DNA of 16,209 nucleotides from Promethearchaeota archaeon (GTDB taxonomy: Archaea > Asgardarchaeota > Lokiarchaeia > Sigyniarchaeales > SOKP01), in contig SHMW01000005.1 in the NCBI GenBank assembly GCA_008080735.1, positions 88,145 through 104,353 of the forward strand, in the 5' to 3' direction. Below are positions 15,991 to 16,209 of this stretch, piece after piece. How positions within the stretch are numbered: the first letter of the stretch is position 1; each line of letters begins with the position of its first letter. Made by a program: the position numbers and the translations under genes. The notes beneath the pieces are model-generated. The model saw nothing but the letters and a program-made list of their open reading frames with translations, searched no databases and was not told the origin of the DNA.

Positions 15991-16209
15991 TTAATTCTCT
16001 TTTAATTTGTTTAAAGCAGATTCAAGTATGTTCTGTATAGTTGTGTTTGATTTGCCAAAATAATCAGCTAACTGTCTATGTGTATTGTTTCGCCAATATT
16101 TTCGATAAATTATTTGTTTCTCTAAGCTGGTTAGTTTTTGTAGATCAGGAATATTATTAATTGTCTGGTTGTTGCTTTTGTCTTGTAATTCGGCCAGATT
16201 GTTCAAACT
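15991..16209 (-). CDS. C-terminus of an RNA polymerase sigma-70 family (region 4 HTH) protein, truncated by window edge
   Basis: LQKLTSLEKQIIYRKYWRNNTHRQLADYFGKSNTTIQNILESALNKLK fits the sigma region-4 consensus L..L...E+.II...Y....T..EIA...G.S...V......AL.KL+. The frame stays open to the window end, so the TTG at 16206 is probably not the true start. Confidence 0.75.
   Translation of the reverse strand, partial: SLNNLAELQDKSNNQTINNIPDLQKLTSLEKQIIYRKYWRNNTHRQLADYFGKSNTTIQNILESALNKLKEN

Noticed and set aside
1192-16040. Plus-strand ORFs in the track (e.g. 1192..1626, 2667..2903, 5337..5633, 13859..14242, 14733..14999, 15641..15928, 15759..16040)
   Set aside because: All are antisense to longer, operon-coupled minus-strand genes, show shadow-ORF composition and have no recognisable motifs.
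1-16209. Contractile injection system, gene transfer agent, CRISPR array, DGR, tRNA or IS element
   Set aside because: No sheath gene, repeat-spacer array, reverse transcriptase or TR/VR pair, cloverleaf or transposase was seen. The intergenic gaps are 70 nt or less, and the head-tail joining genes indicate a genuine phage virion module.

Overview
The window is a tightly packed, entirely minus-strand virion morphogenesis operon of a low-GC tailed dsDNA phage or prophage. In transcription order (right to left) it holds: the C-terminus of a sigma-70 region-4 HTH protein, a GC-rich cassette (105-aa protein plus beta-helix spike), a 473-aa fibre-like protein, two small proteins (one BppU-N/Ig-like), a head-tail adaptor, a head closure protein, a neck/tail completion protein, a tail terminator, the major tail tube protein, three tail-assembly-chaperone-region genes, a 1649-aa tape measure protein (TMP), a 528-aa distal tail protein, and the start of a further tail gene. 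No sheath gene lies beside the tube gene, so the tail is probably long and non-contractile. Main observations: (1) the TMP has no internal Met, no Cys, no Trp, 1 His, 5 Tyr and a 405-residue Lys-free stretch; (2) the chaperone region holds two separately encoded paralogues rather than a frameshifted G/GT pair; (3) the tube protein is internally duplicated and the distal tail protein appears four-fold repeated, suggesting a T5-like trimeric tail; (4) the GC-rich spike cassette has both compositional breakpoints inside genes; (5) three tail proteins show a Ser-Gly over Gly-Ser bias. Product calls rest on motif recognition and gene order. No database search was run, and all counts were made by hand.
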